From Tubulanus polymorphus (taxonomy: Eukaryota > Animalia > Nemertea): a stretch of 64,000 nt of DNA. Where the stretch lies: NCBI RefSeq assembly GCF_964204645.1, contig NC_134031.1, positions 14,929,807 to 14,993,806 on the forward strand, given 5' to 3'. How positions within the stretch are numbered: the first letter of the stretch is position 1; each line of letters begins with the position of its first letter. The position numbers and the translations under genes are program-made. The notes beneath the pieces are model-generated. The model made no database searches. It was not told the origin of the DNA and worked only from the letters and a program-made list of their open reading frames with translations. This document shows, in pieces, positions 27,501 to 40,112 of this stretch.

Positions 27501-30500
27501 AGATACGCGATGAATACGTGGAAACAATGAGCAAAATTTATTACTCGTATTTTAAAGGATACACGAGTCGTTTAATGAAATTACAGGTCAGTCGAATATG
27601 GACAGCACAATCAGTCAATCATAGACAGCACAATGAGTCGAATATAGACAGCACAACCAGTCAAATATAGAAAGTGCAATCAGTCAATTATAGACAGTAC
27701 AATCAGTCAATTTTAGACAGTGCAATCATTCTAATATAGACAGCACAATCAGTCGAATATAGATCGCACAATCTGTCATTATAGACAGCGCAAGCGGTCA
27801 ATTACTGACAGCACAGTCAAATATTTGTTTGTTAACAGTATGATGAACTGGCTGATAAAGATGATCTGATGGGAGTAGAAGACACGGCAAAAAGAGATAT
27901 CCTTTTCTAAAAATACGATTTTTAACTTCAAAACATGGTCCTCTTAATATTACCCTATGTAATTTGCATAAAAGAATTGATGAAGTAAGTGGACGCAGTT
28001 CCACAGAGTGAAAGTTTGTAATTTTCGTTTGTATTTCTTTGACGTACAAAAAAAACGTTTGTTCTCGAAACCGACATTGAAGAATCGCTCGACGGTATTT
28101 ACGTTAGGAGATCGAGGTAAAGTAATCGGCGCCGATTTAGAAGCTCAAGTCATCGTTCCGCACATGTCTTCAAAAAGTGACCAAAAGGTAAAACGAAATG
28201 ATTTCCGATTAAATTATACGATATCTTTCGATTGGTTTTAGAGATAAAAAAAAGAAGAAATATTCACGTGTTTTGTTCATTTCAGTTTTCGTTTGAAAGT
28301 TTATTCCGAAGTCAACATTACGCGTTGCTCGACAACTGTTGTCGTGAATATCTATTTGTCAGCGACTTTTTCATGGTGTCCGGCTCGGCAGCTCAGGATC
28401 TGTTCAACTGCATCATGGGAAAAACGCTATCGATGTTTCTCGTAAGTGAATGAAGGAAATGGGACTGTTGTGTTTATCTGGGAATTCTTGTTGCCAAGCA
28501 GGAATCCTCGATGTCCTTGGTCCGTTCGTGAAATGTAGTTGCCTTTGAAGATCCTTAGATTATCATAACAAAACACCATTCTTAGTATGATATATTTCGA
28601 TATGTTTTATTCGTGATGATATGTTCTTACAAAAATGTTGAGGCTCTCTGAGATACGTCTTACCCCTACAAGATCTATAGCTCAACTCTCTTTGTCCCTT
28701 TAATCTCTCTCTAGTATCTGGTGGGTCTTGTGATGCAACCTACTTCTGGTTTCCCTCACTGCCACACAGATCCTGTTTACTCAAACCCCCAAATCCTATT
28801 GATCCTTATTTCCTGTGACTAACAGTAATCCCTATCTAAAAGTTCTGTACCAAATAACTAGATATCAGGACTAGCTTCTGGACTTGGTTTCCAACAGGTT
28901 ATTTGTATCAGTCGGGACTCGGTTCTTTGAAACAAGAGTTTTGATCTTACGCTCATTTTGATTGTTGAAACTCATTTGACCAAAATACGACCAGTTCGAT
29001 GATATTTAGACTGCAGCCACTAACTGTAGGTTGTATCTTCTCTTCAGAAACACATGAATGTTTACACAACTGATTGTCATGATTGAATCTCATGTTATTT
29101 CAGAAACATATGGATGTCTATACGACTGATTGTTACGATTGTATTGCATTATTTCTGTGCACGCACATCATATATAGATACAGTGACATCATGCACAAAC
29201 GATTGGTTCCCGCGTTAGACAAGTAAGTACTCTAATAAGCATGTCTGCTACGAGAGTAACTATTCTAGAAATCTAAAACTACATGACACATGTTCTTTTC
29301 ATATCAGTTACTTCATGTTTTCAACGAGGACATAAATTCAAACTTAACCGTTTTAAGTCGTAAATTAGAATCAGGGGGCCGGTTGCATATTCATGACTTA
29401 AATTTAAGACCAGTTTAAGACCAACGTAGTTCTATAGCCAATCTAACAACTTAAGACCGGTCTTAAGATTTAAGACCGGTCTTAAGATTTAAGACCGGTC
29501 TTAAGATTTAAGACCACTTTTGGACCACTGTGTTAAAAGTTGAGTCTAGCTTAAACAAAAGCACATTACGATCTATTGATTAACATATACTATATAGAAC
29601 CCCGGGATATTGGATCATCTGAAATCAGTCGCAGTCGCATGACCCCGCAGACGAGCGACGAGTCGCTACGATTTCCATGCTATTTCTCTCAGTCGCACTG
29701 AAATCGCACGTAAAAATCGCTCGTCTGTGCCGGGCTTAAGCTACTATTCACCCCCTCACTTCAACTACGAGCCCCTGTGACTAGGTTAAAGTTGAGTCTA
29801 GCTTATAAAACCACATTGCGGTCTATTTCTTTACATATTTGTATAGTACCCTGGGATATTGGATCATCTAAAATTCACCCCCCTCACTTCAACAACGAGC
29901 CCCTGTGGTTGGGATAAATAAAGTTGATTCTGGTGTTTATAAAACCAGCCTACATTCTATGAAACAGATATCACCTGATATTGATTACCGGGTATATGTA
30001 TTGTATATTACAGATATTGGGAGACTGTGTTAGAGATGATGTTGCCCAGATTTCAGTACATAATGGAATTGAACATTCAGAGTATAAGAGATTGTGACCC
30101 TCAGAAACTAGGTCACATCGATACGCGACCTCATTACGTTAGTATCAATCGCTACGAGCAATCTCAAACGGTCGTGGCAATATAAACGTTTGAATTATTC
30201 ATTTCTCTTTAGATCACTCGCAGGTACGCGGAATTTTCAGCCGCCCTGGTGGCTATCAATGAAACTAGTCCGAACGAACTGGTCAATCGACTGCTCGGTC
30301 AACTTCAGTCGGAAGTGGAAGATTTCATTTTGCGGATGGCCGGTGAATTTCCGCAGAGAAAAGAACAACTTCTCTTCCTTATCAATAATTACGACATGAT
30401 GCTAGGAGTGATCATGGTACGGATATATAAGTTCATTTTCTAAAACAGTAAATCTAGAGTCAAAAAACTTTAACGAAGAACTGTGGAACTGTAGAACCAT

Positions 30501-31536
30501 GGAACAAGGTCTTGGAACTGAACTCCTACCGCACATATACAGGGTCCTTACGACTCCTTGATTCCTTGAAGAGAATTCCTTCTAAACAAAAAATGTTTTT
30601 AAACGTCCTTGAATATCCTTGAATTAGAGAAAAATACCCAAAAGTCCTTGAATTGTGAGAAATTGGCAATTGGAAAATGTTTAGGGTTAAGGCCTAGTTA
30701 TTATACACATTGATTACACCGAATTAAATGGTTTACCAGAGAAAAACAGCATTGATTTAGGGCGAATCTACAGTAATTGGAATATGAAAGTGATGCACAC
30801 AGTCCTCGAAATTTGAAATTTTCTCCTTGTAAACTCCTTGAATTCTCTGTAGGGACCTTGCAATAGAGAATCCAACACGAATAATCAATTAGATGAGGGC
30901 CGAAAAGTTTCCTTTAAGCTGATAATTTATTCATTCGACAATTTAACTTTAACGTGATAGTCATCTTCAGGGGCCGGTTGCATAGTCATGGCTTAGACTT
31001 AAGACCAGTATATGACCGACTTAGTTCTATAGACAATCCAAAAACTTAAGACCAGTCTTAAGATTTAAGACCACTTTTGGACATAAGTCACGACTGTGCA
31101 ACTGGAGCCAGGAATACTGATGAACCCACACGACTCAGAGATTCGATTCTCTGCGGCCGGTTTGTCGCACGCTCACGCTGTATTTTTACCGTTTACAGGA
31201 ACGTACGCAAGACGAAAGCAAGGAATCGGAAACATTCAAAGAGCAACTCGCCGCTAAAACTCACGAATTCATCGAGGAGATTTTGTCGCCGTATTTCGGC
31301 GGGATCGTCGCGTTCGTGAAGGACTGCGAGATCGCTTTAGAGAAACAGAACACCGACATTTTACGACATCAAGAACGTAAGAGTTTCAAGATTTATTAAT
31401 TGAATGGGATTCCGGCACACACCAGATGGCGCAACAATGCACTCAATTATACGTAGTGAAAATTACAGTAGTTCATTTTCAATGAACTTCGAATTGGATT
31501 TTTAGGCTCCAAAAAAGAAATTTTGTCGAACATGGC

Positions 31537-31621
<85 letters not shown>

Positions 31622-32645
31622 TAGACTCCGCATACCTCGGAGTCATACACCTCGGAATATTGCATAGCTCCGAACAAATCTAAAATATTTTTCTTAATGC
31701 AATTATTTCACAAGTGAAAATCTCCGAGTAGCTCGGAGTTGCATACGTCGGAATATCGCATACCTCAGAATGATTTTTTTATAAATTGAGTCCTAAAATC
31801 GTGTACCTCGGAAATTCTGATCACGTCCCGACAATATTTTTTCAAAAACGCATCCCTAGCCTACTGCATTGCATTATTGGAAATCGCATACCTCAGAAAA
31901 AATTTTGCAGTCCCAAGAATTCCGAGGTAAGCAGAGTCTACTGTATATATAAGATTGGCATCCCCAATGAGTGTATGGTATAGTTTAACCGATAAACGAT
32001 TTGCCGATGAGAAAAGTTGACTTGAATTTGATCGAAATGCGGTAACCGAGTAACCACTAGCGAACCTGCCATAAGTGGAATCATTGATTGCCAAAGTAGC
32101 GGTACCCCATTAATTGTAGATGTTTGATGATTGTTCATTGTGATTCAATTTTTTTTTCTGTTTGATTTTTTTGCGCCCACGACAGAAAGAGTCACTCAAC
32201 TCGTGCGCAGTTTCAACGGGGAGTGGAAAAAGTCGATCGAAATTATCAACCAGGATGTGATGACTTCATTTACTAATTTCAAAAATGGAACTCAAATATT
32301 ACAGGTAAGCTCATTTCTTTCACAATGGAGGCAGGTTTGGGTGGTAGAAGTTCACTCTTGAGGGGAAAAAGGTGTGAGTTCTGGCCACTGTATAAGGGGT
32401 AGTGGTTATTTTATCAAGGCATCCTGGACTCATTCCCGAAGTCGACGGTCAATTTTATGTTCCAACTAATGAGTCAAATTTGGTTCCGTTTTTTTTAGGG
32501 AGCGCTCACTCAGTTGATTCAATATTATCACCGCTTCCAGAAAGTCCTCTCTCAAGCACCGTTTAAGAACATGTCGATTCGCGGAGAACTGATCAACATT
32601 CATCACGTTATGGTCGAAGTGAAGAAATATAAACCGAATTTCTAG
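24535..32645 (+). CDS. VPS52: Vacuolar protein sorting 52 (GARP/EARP subunit), 19 coding exons
   Basis: Exons 24535-24567, 24799-24874, 24986-25038, 25411-25486, 25571-25638, 26643-26756, 26849-26910, 26991-27141, 27233-27333, 27454-27586, 27839-27896, 28057-28187, 28286-28441, 29104-29222, 30014-30137, 30213-30416, 31199-31376, 32186-32304, 32499-32645; motifs GVDLRQYS, FRKPMTNYQVPQN, DTRPHYITRRYAEFS, FLINNYD, FTNFKNG, EVKKYKPNF*. Confidence 0.96.
25487..25570 (+). other. U12-type (minor spliceosome) GT-AG intron in VPS52
   Basis: 5' GTATCTTTT; branch site TTCCTTAAT about 13 nt before the AG. Confidence 0.8.
25668..26620. repeat. 40-bp minisatellite, ~24 copies, in VPS52 intron 5
   Basis: Unit GAGTGGAAATATTTCTCTCTGATCCTCAGTTTGATGTTGA. 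Confidence 0.95.
27589..27822. repeat. ~22-bp minisatellite in VPS52 intron 10
   Basis: CAGTCGAATATAGACAGCACAAT-like units. Confidence 0.8.
27897..28056 (+). other. U12-type AT-AC intron in VPS52
   Basis: 5' ATATCCTTT; branch TTCTTTGAC 14 nt before the terminal AC; removal restores DTAKRGLFSKP in frame. Confidence 0.92.
31542..31618. repeat. (TA)n microsatellite
   Basis: Read directly. Confidence 0.95.
31619..31943. mobile_element. Tc1/mariner-type MITE inserted at the TA microsatellite
   Basis: TA|CAGTAGACTC...GAGTCTACTG|TA. Confidence 0.8.
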
Positions 32646-33294
32646 TCTATAAGTCATTCCCATTGTCGCGCTGAAATTCCAGCTGATGTTTGTTATTGTT
32701 AACTTAGTGCGTTATTTCACGTATCGCAATATCGTATACATGTTTGCAGCTATCAACTTCACCAAGAACCTTACCGAGACAACCACTGCCAGGACTGGGT
32801 GAACTATCAGCCTGCTGTCTGGACACGCACCCCTTCAGACGTTCGACAAGACATTCATCATTTAACCGAAAACATGTTTGTCCAGGCGTCGCCACCCCAT
32901 GGCAGTAGTACCCCTGGGGCCAGTAGATAAATATCATAGTAACAATAGTTTTAATTGTTACTATGTCAACTGGTTAAAACTCTATCCAAAATCAACTGGC
33001 CCCAGACGTTTTCTTTGAAAATGAATTAGGGTGTCATGTCATCAATTTTTAGACAGAATTTTTTGAAAAATGTGTTTGTTCAGAAGGTGATCGTATCGAG
33101 GGGTGGGTACTTTGAGGTGTGGGCAGATTGACACCTGCGTCTGTTCTCGTTGTTGTCAAGCAGTGACCTTTCATCTAGTTGTCGTTACTGTTGTAACATC
33201 GTGAATTGCCTCGAGAACCGTGCTGTACATAATGTGTACAGAAGCTTGTAAATTATTAGTTTTAATCTGTATGTTATAATAGCATATACTAGTA

Positions 33295-33300
33295 AATAAA
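33295..33300 (+). terminator. Candidate VPS52 polyadenylation signal
   Basis: AATAAA about 650 nt after the stop codon, followed by GT-rich sequence. Confidence 0.5.
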
Positions 33301-35032
33301 TAATATATACCGGTATGTATGTAATGAATTGCGGTCGAGTTATGTCTTTATCTAGCGTTCTGTGGTAGCATAAAACACTGAGGTTCTTGGTCAAATTTAA
33401 CCCCGAACTGGGTTCTGCTCGCTGTGGGAATCCTGACCCTTTTCAGCTCACTCGGGCTGGGGATCCTGGACTGACGGAAAGTTGACCCGGCATATTAGTA
33501 GTAATTTAGCTTGAACCAATGATTGGAGGCCCGTGCCGAGCTTTTTGGAGGGGCAGTTCCATTTTGAGGAAAATTGCACATTTTTACCGTGAAAAGCGTA
33601 ACTTTCCTATTAAAAAAAGGACAGATCTTGGATATGAAAAGCCGGGTACCTTGAATAAATCATTTGAGGATTCCGATTTGATTACTTTCCACTTTCCGAA
33701 AAATAAAACGCGCAAAATCGTATCGAAAAATCTTGACCCGAATTTTTTGACACCGACTTTGAAGGCAATTCAAAAATTGTAGGTGCTCGTTTGCTGCCCC
33801 CGAACCCTCGCTTGGCACGAGCCTGGGCAGAGTTCCCTGAAACCGATGATAGAAAGAAAGGAAAGCTCACTTTCATTTTCAATACAACAGTAATTGTTTT
33901 ATTTGTTTTTTTTTACTTGTAAAAGAACTCAAGAAGAAGTTTTACACATCATTCATATTCAACCAATCATGCAGAAAAACACACTGTTTTTTTTTAAATA
34001 TGTATTTTAATAATAATGAATGTCACTCACTGAATACACAACGCTGTATCGTAAATAGACAGTTAAAAACACCAGCCGAGCAAAACTTCAATAATAATAC
34101 ACACTCAACCCGTATTCAAAACACTATACATCATTACTACCACGCCTGCCTGCCTGACCGACGATAGACACCAGGGGGCGTTTATTACCACTTCCCAGTC
34201 CAACAGGGGGCATGCATTTCCACAGTTTATTCTCAATAGAGAACTGTAAAACTGGCCTCCAACAGCTCATGATCCATCATCAAAGTTTGTTTTGAATTTT
34301 GAGTAGAAATATTGTGCCAAATTATTTAAACTATCAAGGGCGAGCTTTAGAGACTGGTGTTAGTAGTAAGCTGATGCTGGTGGCTAGTCTAGTTTAAGCC
34401 TGGTTTATTTCAGTCGAGAGGTATTAAGTAGTAACAATGCTGAGTGAGAACATACTGAAGTCTAATACACGGTAATTATACATTTATATTAAAGCATTTA
34501 ATATCAATATCTACTGCACATTCTCCTGAGTACCCCACCCCTCTCTCCCCCTCCCTCATCCCCACACAACACACATCTCTACCAGGAGAAACCACAATCT
34601 AATTAACAGTCCAACAGTCACAATTTAATTCATCTATATTCATATTATAATCATTAGTAGAAAATATACAAAATAAGAAAAAAAAAGAAAAAACACCTCA
34701 AAATTCAATCGAATATCTATTCATCGCCTCAGAATAAACTCTTCAATTAATCTTTATTCATCGTCATCATCAACATCATCACCACACTTTGTGATTTATT
34801 ATAAAATTACACATTTACTTCGCCCTCTATATCTAGTTTTAAAAACCAATCGATTCAAAATTGAACGAACTCACTCGCCAGCGCACACACGCGAAGAAGC
34901 AACAATTTTATACCACTCTCAATTTCTCGTCTAACAGACTGAAGTCATCATAGTAAAGATACATCAAATTGAATTGAATTAGTTGGGACAATCATTATGC
35001 TAATGACTTTTTCGAATGACGACTTACACTTA

Positions 35033-35195
35033 GGGATCATTCATTTATTACGTACGCATAAAATTTGAAATTTTCAACCCCCCTCCCCCTCTGTACGCAA
35101 AATCGGCCATTTTTTCATATACATTAAGCATTACAGTACGCAATTGCACTGACAACTCCCCCTCCCTAATGCCTACGTAATAAATGAATGACCCC
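35033..35195. mobile_element. Short MITE, family B copy 1
   Basis: TIR GGGATCATTCATTTATTACGTA / TACGTAATAAATGAATGACCCC; near-identical to 39948-40112. Confidence 0.85.
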
Positions 35196-35974
35196 TTCGT
35201 AACTTAAATGGCAAATAAAAAATAGGACGACTTCAGTAATATGCCACGATTTAGAAAATTTGAAATAGAAGATTTGATGAAACGGCCAATGCCAGTCTGT
35301 GCGCCTGCTAGTGCCGTGTATGTGCGTCAACGCATAGTTGTCTTAAATATAATCATATATATATCTATATTATTATTATAACTATTATTATTCTTATTAT
35401 AATTAACACGTACTAACATACAATCAGAACTGTTGAACACTTTATTAACGTCGAATGTTTTTTTATTTTAAGCACATTTGATGTCATACGGAGTTTCTAA
35501 ACTTCAAAATTCCTAGGTTAATTCCGGTAACAATGAAACCGTTTTTTTTTCCGTCGCTTCTAATTTTGCGCTATTTTGGAAATTTCTAATTTTTCTATTC
35601 ATAGTCGAACGTAGCACAGAGTTTCTATACAACACAAACAGAGAATGACGCGACGACTAACGAGCTGCAACTCTCACGCGTTAGTACCGGACTGCAGTAG
35701 GTTTTTAACTAGTGAAATGAACTACGAACTACACACAGAATTCACACCCGATTAAAAATTGCGGATTTTTTAAACCATTTGTGCTTTTAAACGAAAAAAA
35801 CTTACTCTCGGAAAACCATACCACAAACACCGGTCAAACTAACTTTCAGTTTTTGAAAATGGCTCATAGAATTGAGTTGAAACGTTAAGCTACCAGATAG
35901 TTTTTCTTTTTATTGTGGGTTTTTGTCTACTAACTTTCAAAAGATCACACGTGTATTATCGAACAAGCTCTTAA

Positions 35975-38771
35975 GGTAGCAGTACCCCAATAAAGTTAAA
36001 TTTTCTTCAAATTTATTTTTTTGTAAAATCTAATAGTTTAATATGTTAACTTTGATAATCAATGTGTTTTTAGGGTGAACAATCACTCAAACCATGTTTA
36101 ATTAGCACTAATTAAAATTAAGCCCTTCTTTTGTTTTATGAAATACCTCCCTAGCAACGCATTTGGCCCTTGGATACGGGTATTTCAAAAAATTATTTTT
36201 CAAAAATTCAAAAACCTGGGGTTTGAACCCAATGTGTTCTACCTAGTTTACATATTTCTAAACAGATGGCAGCACCTCCTGGTGTATGGTAGTCCACTGA
36301 ATGCTGTGTACTAACTAACTTGTCTCAGTTGAAAGTAAATAGTGAACTTTAGCGTCAATTTTTTGTATGATTCAGACAAAATCAAGTGGATTCTGATCTA
36401 TTACTGGTATTGTAAAGACTATAAAACTATATTATAGTTATAATGGGCGATAAAAAACGTTCTGGCAGGAGAAAAAAACGAACTTTTAGTGGAGCTGCAC
36501 CAAAGAAAAAATCCAAGATGGCGGCGCCCATGACTCCTGTGGCTAATGCAGCAAGTATCTCAAAAATTGGTGAAAACTTGTCCCAAACACCAGTGAATGA
36601 CACTGAAAAGTATATCAAAGAAGGGTTCATCCTTATTGACAGTAGTATACTATGTGAAAACTTGTCAAAATTGGTAAAATGTCATCAATGTGGTAGTAGT
36701 AATGTGGAATGTCAAATCGACCGAGATGCTAAACAAGGCCTTGCTCATAGAATTTCTTTAAAATGTGACGCATGTGAAGAATCTGTGAGTAGTTTTGAAA
36801 CTTCCAAAAAGACTGACGAAGGCAAATCTTCTACATATGAAGTGAATATACGAATGGTTTCGTTTGTTCGCGGAATAGGAAAGTCATATGATACCATCAC
36901 TCAGTTCTCAACATATTTTAACTCTCCGCTACCAATGACAAGAAAAAGCTACCAACGCCTTCTAAAGCGTAATCATGCGGTAAATAAAGCTGTTGCCCTT
37001 GATAGCATGAAGGCTGCTGCAGCAGAAGTAAAAACTAAAGTTGGACGTGACTGCACAGTGTCCGTAGATGGTACATGGCAGCGCCGAGGACACGCAAGTC
37101 ACCACGGCATTGTTTCAGTTATTTCTTCAGACACAGGTAAATGTCTAGATGCTGAAGCAATGTCAAACATCTGTCATGGCTGTGTGAAATGGCAGAATGC
37201 CGATAAGCAAAGTGAGAGGTATCTAAAGTGGAGAGCTGACCACAAATGTTCAATGAACCACACTGGTACAGCTAATTCAATGGAATCAGTAGGCGCTGTT
37301 CGAATATTTGGGCGCTCCGAACTTTTCAACGACCTAAGATATGTCAACTATCTAGGTGATGGCGATTCATCTGCGTTCAAAACTGTTGCTGACTCGAAAC
37401 CGTATGATTGTGACATCCAAAAGTTAGAATGTATTGGCCACGTCCAAAAACGCGTTGGTGCCCGGCTCCGAAAACTCAAAACCAATATGAAAGGTAAAAA
37501 GCTAGCTGACGGCAAAGGCATAGGTGGTTTAGGTCGTTTGACAAAAATGAAGATTGATGTTCTGCAGAACTATTTTGGACTTGCCATACGACAAAACACA
37601 GGAAATCTGATAGACATGCAGAACAATCTGATGGCAAGTTTATACCATGTCGCAAGTACTGATGAAAATCCGAATCATCACAAATGCCCTAGTGGCGACG
37701 ACACATGGTGTAAATTCAATAAGGACCCAAATTTCAAACACAAACATGGTTTACCAGGTGCCATCCTAGACATCATAGAGCCTATATATGATGATCTTAC
37801 TGATGCCTCACTCCTAGCTAAATGTCTCCATGGTATGACTCAAAACAACAACGAGTGCCTGAATAAGCTCATTTGGGATCGCTGCCCAAAAGAGATATTT
37901 GTGGGTAACCTTGTGATTGAGGATGGTTTATATAGTGCGATTAGTTACTTTAATGATGGTGGATTATCTGTTTACCGGCTTTTAGAAGGGCTTAAACTCA
38001 ATCCAGGATATTACACAACAATCGGTCTGCGTCGAAGTGACAATGTCCGCATATATCATTCCAGACGAAAAAGTCTGGATGAATCGAAAAGTCGTCGAAA
38101 AATTATTCGTGGCAAGAAAAAACACTTTCAGGACACTAAAGAAGCACAAGAGGGCGATACCTACAGTAAAGGTGGACACTGACTCGTTTCAGTAGTGCAT
38201 TGTACATCATATATTGAAAAATACACTAGAAATCCATTACATTTCCATATTCCCTTGTTTTTAATGTCGATTTTCTCGGAACCATTGGTAGCAATACTTC
38301 AAACATCATATCTTTGTCAGTTTTCATTCAATTCCCTTGAAATTTGGAATACAACAGCTTGACTATACACATGAAGGAATGACGAGAGCTTTTGTTGATA
38401 CTTTTGTTTGAAAGGGTCCTATTTGGCCCATGAATATCTAATTAGGTCAAAAAATTCATGATTTTTAGAAATTTTGGCTTTTTTTCTTTTAGAATTGAAA
38501 TTTCAAAAAGTTCTCTCGTCAGATCATTCAGGATACTATGATGATTAAAGAGTTTAAATTTCATAACGTTGTGATGAATACTTTTTAAGATATGCTGTTT
38601 GACGAATTGCTGAATTTTCTGATATTGGCGGCCATCTTGGATGCTAATTTGCATAATTTATGCATAAATTTTTTTAGACTCATTAATTAATGTGTTGTTA
38701 TTTCATTGGTATTGATAACTTTTTATAATATCATAAGGCATTCTACTTAAGTTCTGTGGGGTACTGCTACC
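35975..38771 (+). mobile_element. Full-length Kolobok-like DNA transposon (2.8 kb) with TTAA target duplication
   Basis: TTAA|GGTAGCAGTACCCCA ... TGGGGTACTGCTACC|TTAA (15-bp perfect TIR) around one intact transposase ORF. Confidence 0.88.
36443..38182 (+). CDS. DDE transposase, 579 aa (Kolobok / Mutator-like transposase family)
   Basis: CxxC..CxxC N-terminus; VDGTWQRRGH, GDGDS, ECIGHVQKR and TQNNNECLN motifs; uninterrupted. Confidence 0.9.
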   Translation: MGDKKRSGRRKKRTFSGAAPKKKSKMAAPMTPVANAASISKIGENLSQTPVNDTEKYIKEGFILIDSSILCENLSKLVKCHQCGSSNVECQIDRDAKQGLAHRISLKCDACEESVSSFETSKKTDEGKSSTYEVNIRMVSFVRGIGKSYDTITQFSTYFNSPLPMTRKSYQRLLKRNHAVNKAVALDSMKAAAAEVKTKVGRDCTVSVDGTWQRRGHASHHGIVSVISSDTGKCLDAEAMSNICHGCVKWQNADKQSERYLKWRADHKCSMNHTGTANSMESVGAVRIFGRSELFNDLRYVNYLGDGDSSAFKTVADSKPYDCDIQKLECIGHVQKRVGARLRKLKTNMKGKKLADGKGIGGLGRLTKMKIDVLQNYFGLAIRQNTGNLIDMQNNLMASLYHVASTDENPNHHKCPSGDDTWCKFNKDPNFKHKHGLPGAILDIIEPIYDDLTDASLLAKCLHGMTQNNNECLNKLIWDRCPKEIFVGNLVIEDGLYSAISYFNDGGLSVYRLLEGLKLNPGYYTTIGLRRSDNVRIYHSRRKSLDESKSRRKIIRGKKKHFQDTKEAQEGDTYSKGGH

Positions 38772-39295
38772 TTAAGAGGCTAAGTTCATAAATTTTTGTG
38801 CTTATTTAAAACTTTCGAAAAATGATCAAACAAGCTTTATGAAAGGCGAAGTTCGGAAATGTTCGTGCTTATCTAGACAATCGAATAAACGATTTTAGAT
38901 CGGAATTTGAAACAGGACCAGTTTCCATAGTTTGCATCGAATTTTAGATGACATTTTTTCCAGGTTTGGTACGTATGGATTTCGAAGCAGGTTTTATATC
39001 CAGAGGCGCTAGCACGGTCGCCGCCCACGACTGCGCGGTTACTACGATCGCCACGGCGATGAACATAGGACGACAATGTCTAAAAACTCAACATTCCACA
39101 TTCACTTTTCCACGACGCGCTCGCGGCATGTGCCGCCGTTGAGAGAGCGCACACACCGCATAGCGGCGGCACACGCTTGCAAATATATGCGGCACACGTC
39201 AATATTTTGCTGCCTTATAATTTTTCCCGAACAAGATTTAACAATTTTTATTTATTATTTCTAATATATATCTGTATATTTATACGAAGTATTTG

Positions 39296-39334
<39 letters not shown>

Positions 39335-39947
39335 ATATATGTATTTGTTGCCTATGTACACCACACGTACACATCAAGCACAATCGTTAATCAAACGCAC
39401 TACGTTTAAAAAAACCGGAGAAGAAAACACCAAATACGAAACATCTCGAAACGCGCGTCGATTTAAACGGGTTATCAACCGAGTATCGGATGTAAGTTCA
39501 GCTAGGTCAAGCGCGGCGCGGCGCATCATATCGGTCAATCAGTCACGAGCTACTCTATTAACGACCGTCCTCATCATTCATAAAAACGACAACAGAGGGC
39601 GCCGTCGCTGCTAATCACGCAGTCATCCGTCGCATGGCGAGAACGATTACAATATTAAAACATATTATTTATTTTTATTTTACAACAGTGACCTGAGTGT
39701 GCCTACTGAACACGCCCTCACGAGATTTGAGTGAGGGGTGCTCGCGCCCCGCTACTCACATTACCCAGTCAATCTCTACAACAAGTATGCATCAAGTCTT
39801 CAGACAGTGGTACCATTCAGAGAGTGCCAGTACGCTGCTATCAGGAGGGAGAGAGGGCGGGCGAGGGCGGGATATGGTATTATAAAACTTGCCATTCTCT
39901 TATGTACATAATGCATAAAATACATACACACCGGCAGGGCTAGTATA

Positions 39948-40112
39948 GGGGATCATTCATTTATTACGTACACATAAAATTTGAATTTTTCAACCCCCCT
40001 CCCACTCTGCACGCAAAATCGGCCATTTTTTCATATACATTAAGCATCACAGTACGCAATTGTACTGACCCCTCCCTTCCCCTAATGCGTACGTAATAAA
40101 TGAATGACCCCC
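39948..40112. mobile_element. Short MITE, family B copy 2
   Basis: Same TIRs as 35033-35195, TA on both flanks. Confidence 0.85.

Noticed and set aside
35971-38775. piggyBac assignment based on TTAA
   Set aside because: Termini begin GG rather than CCY, and the transposase motifs (DGTW, GDGDS, TQN.NE) are not piggyBac-like
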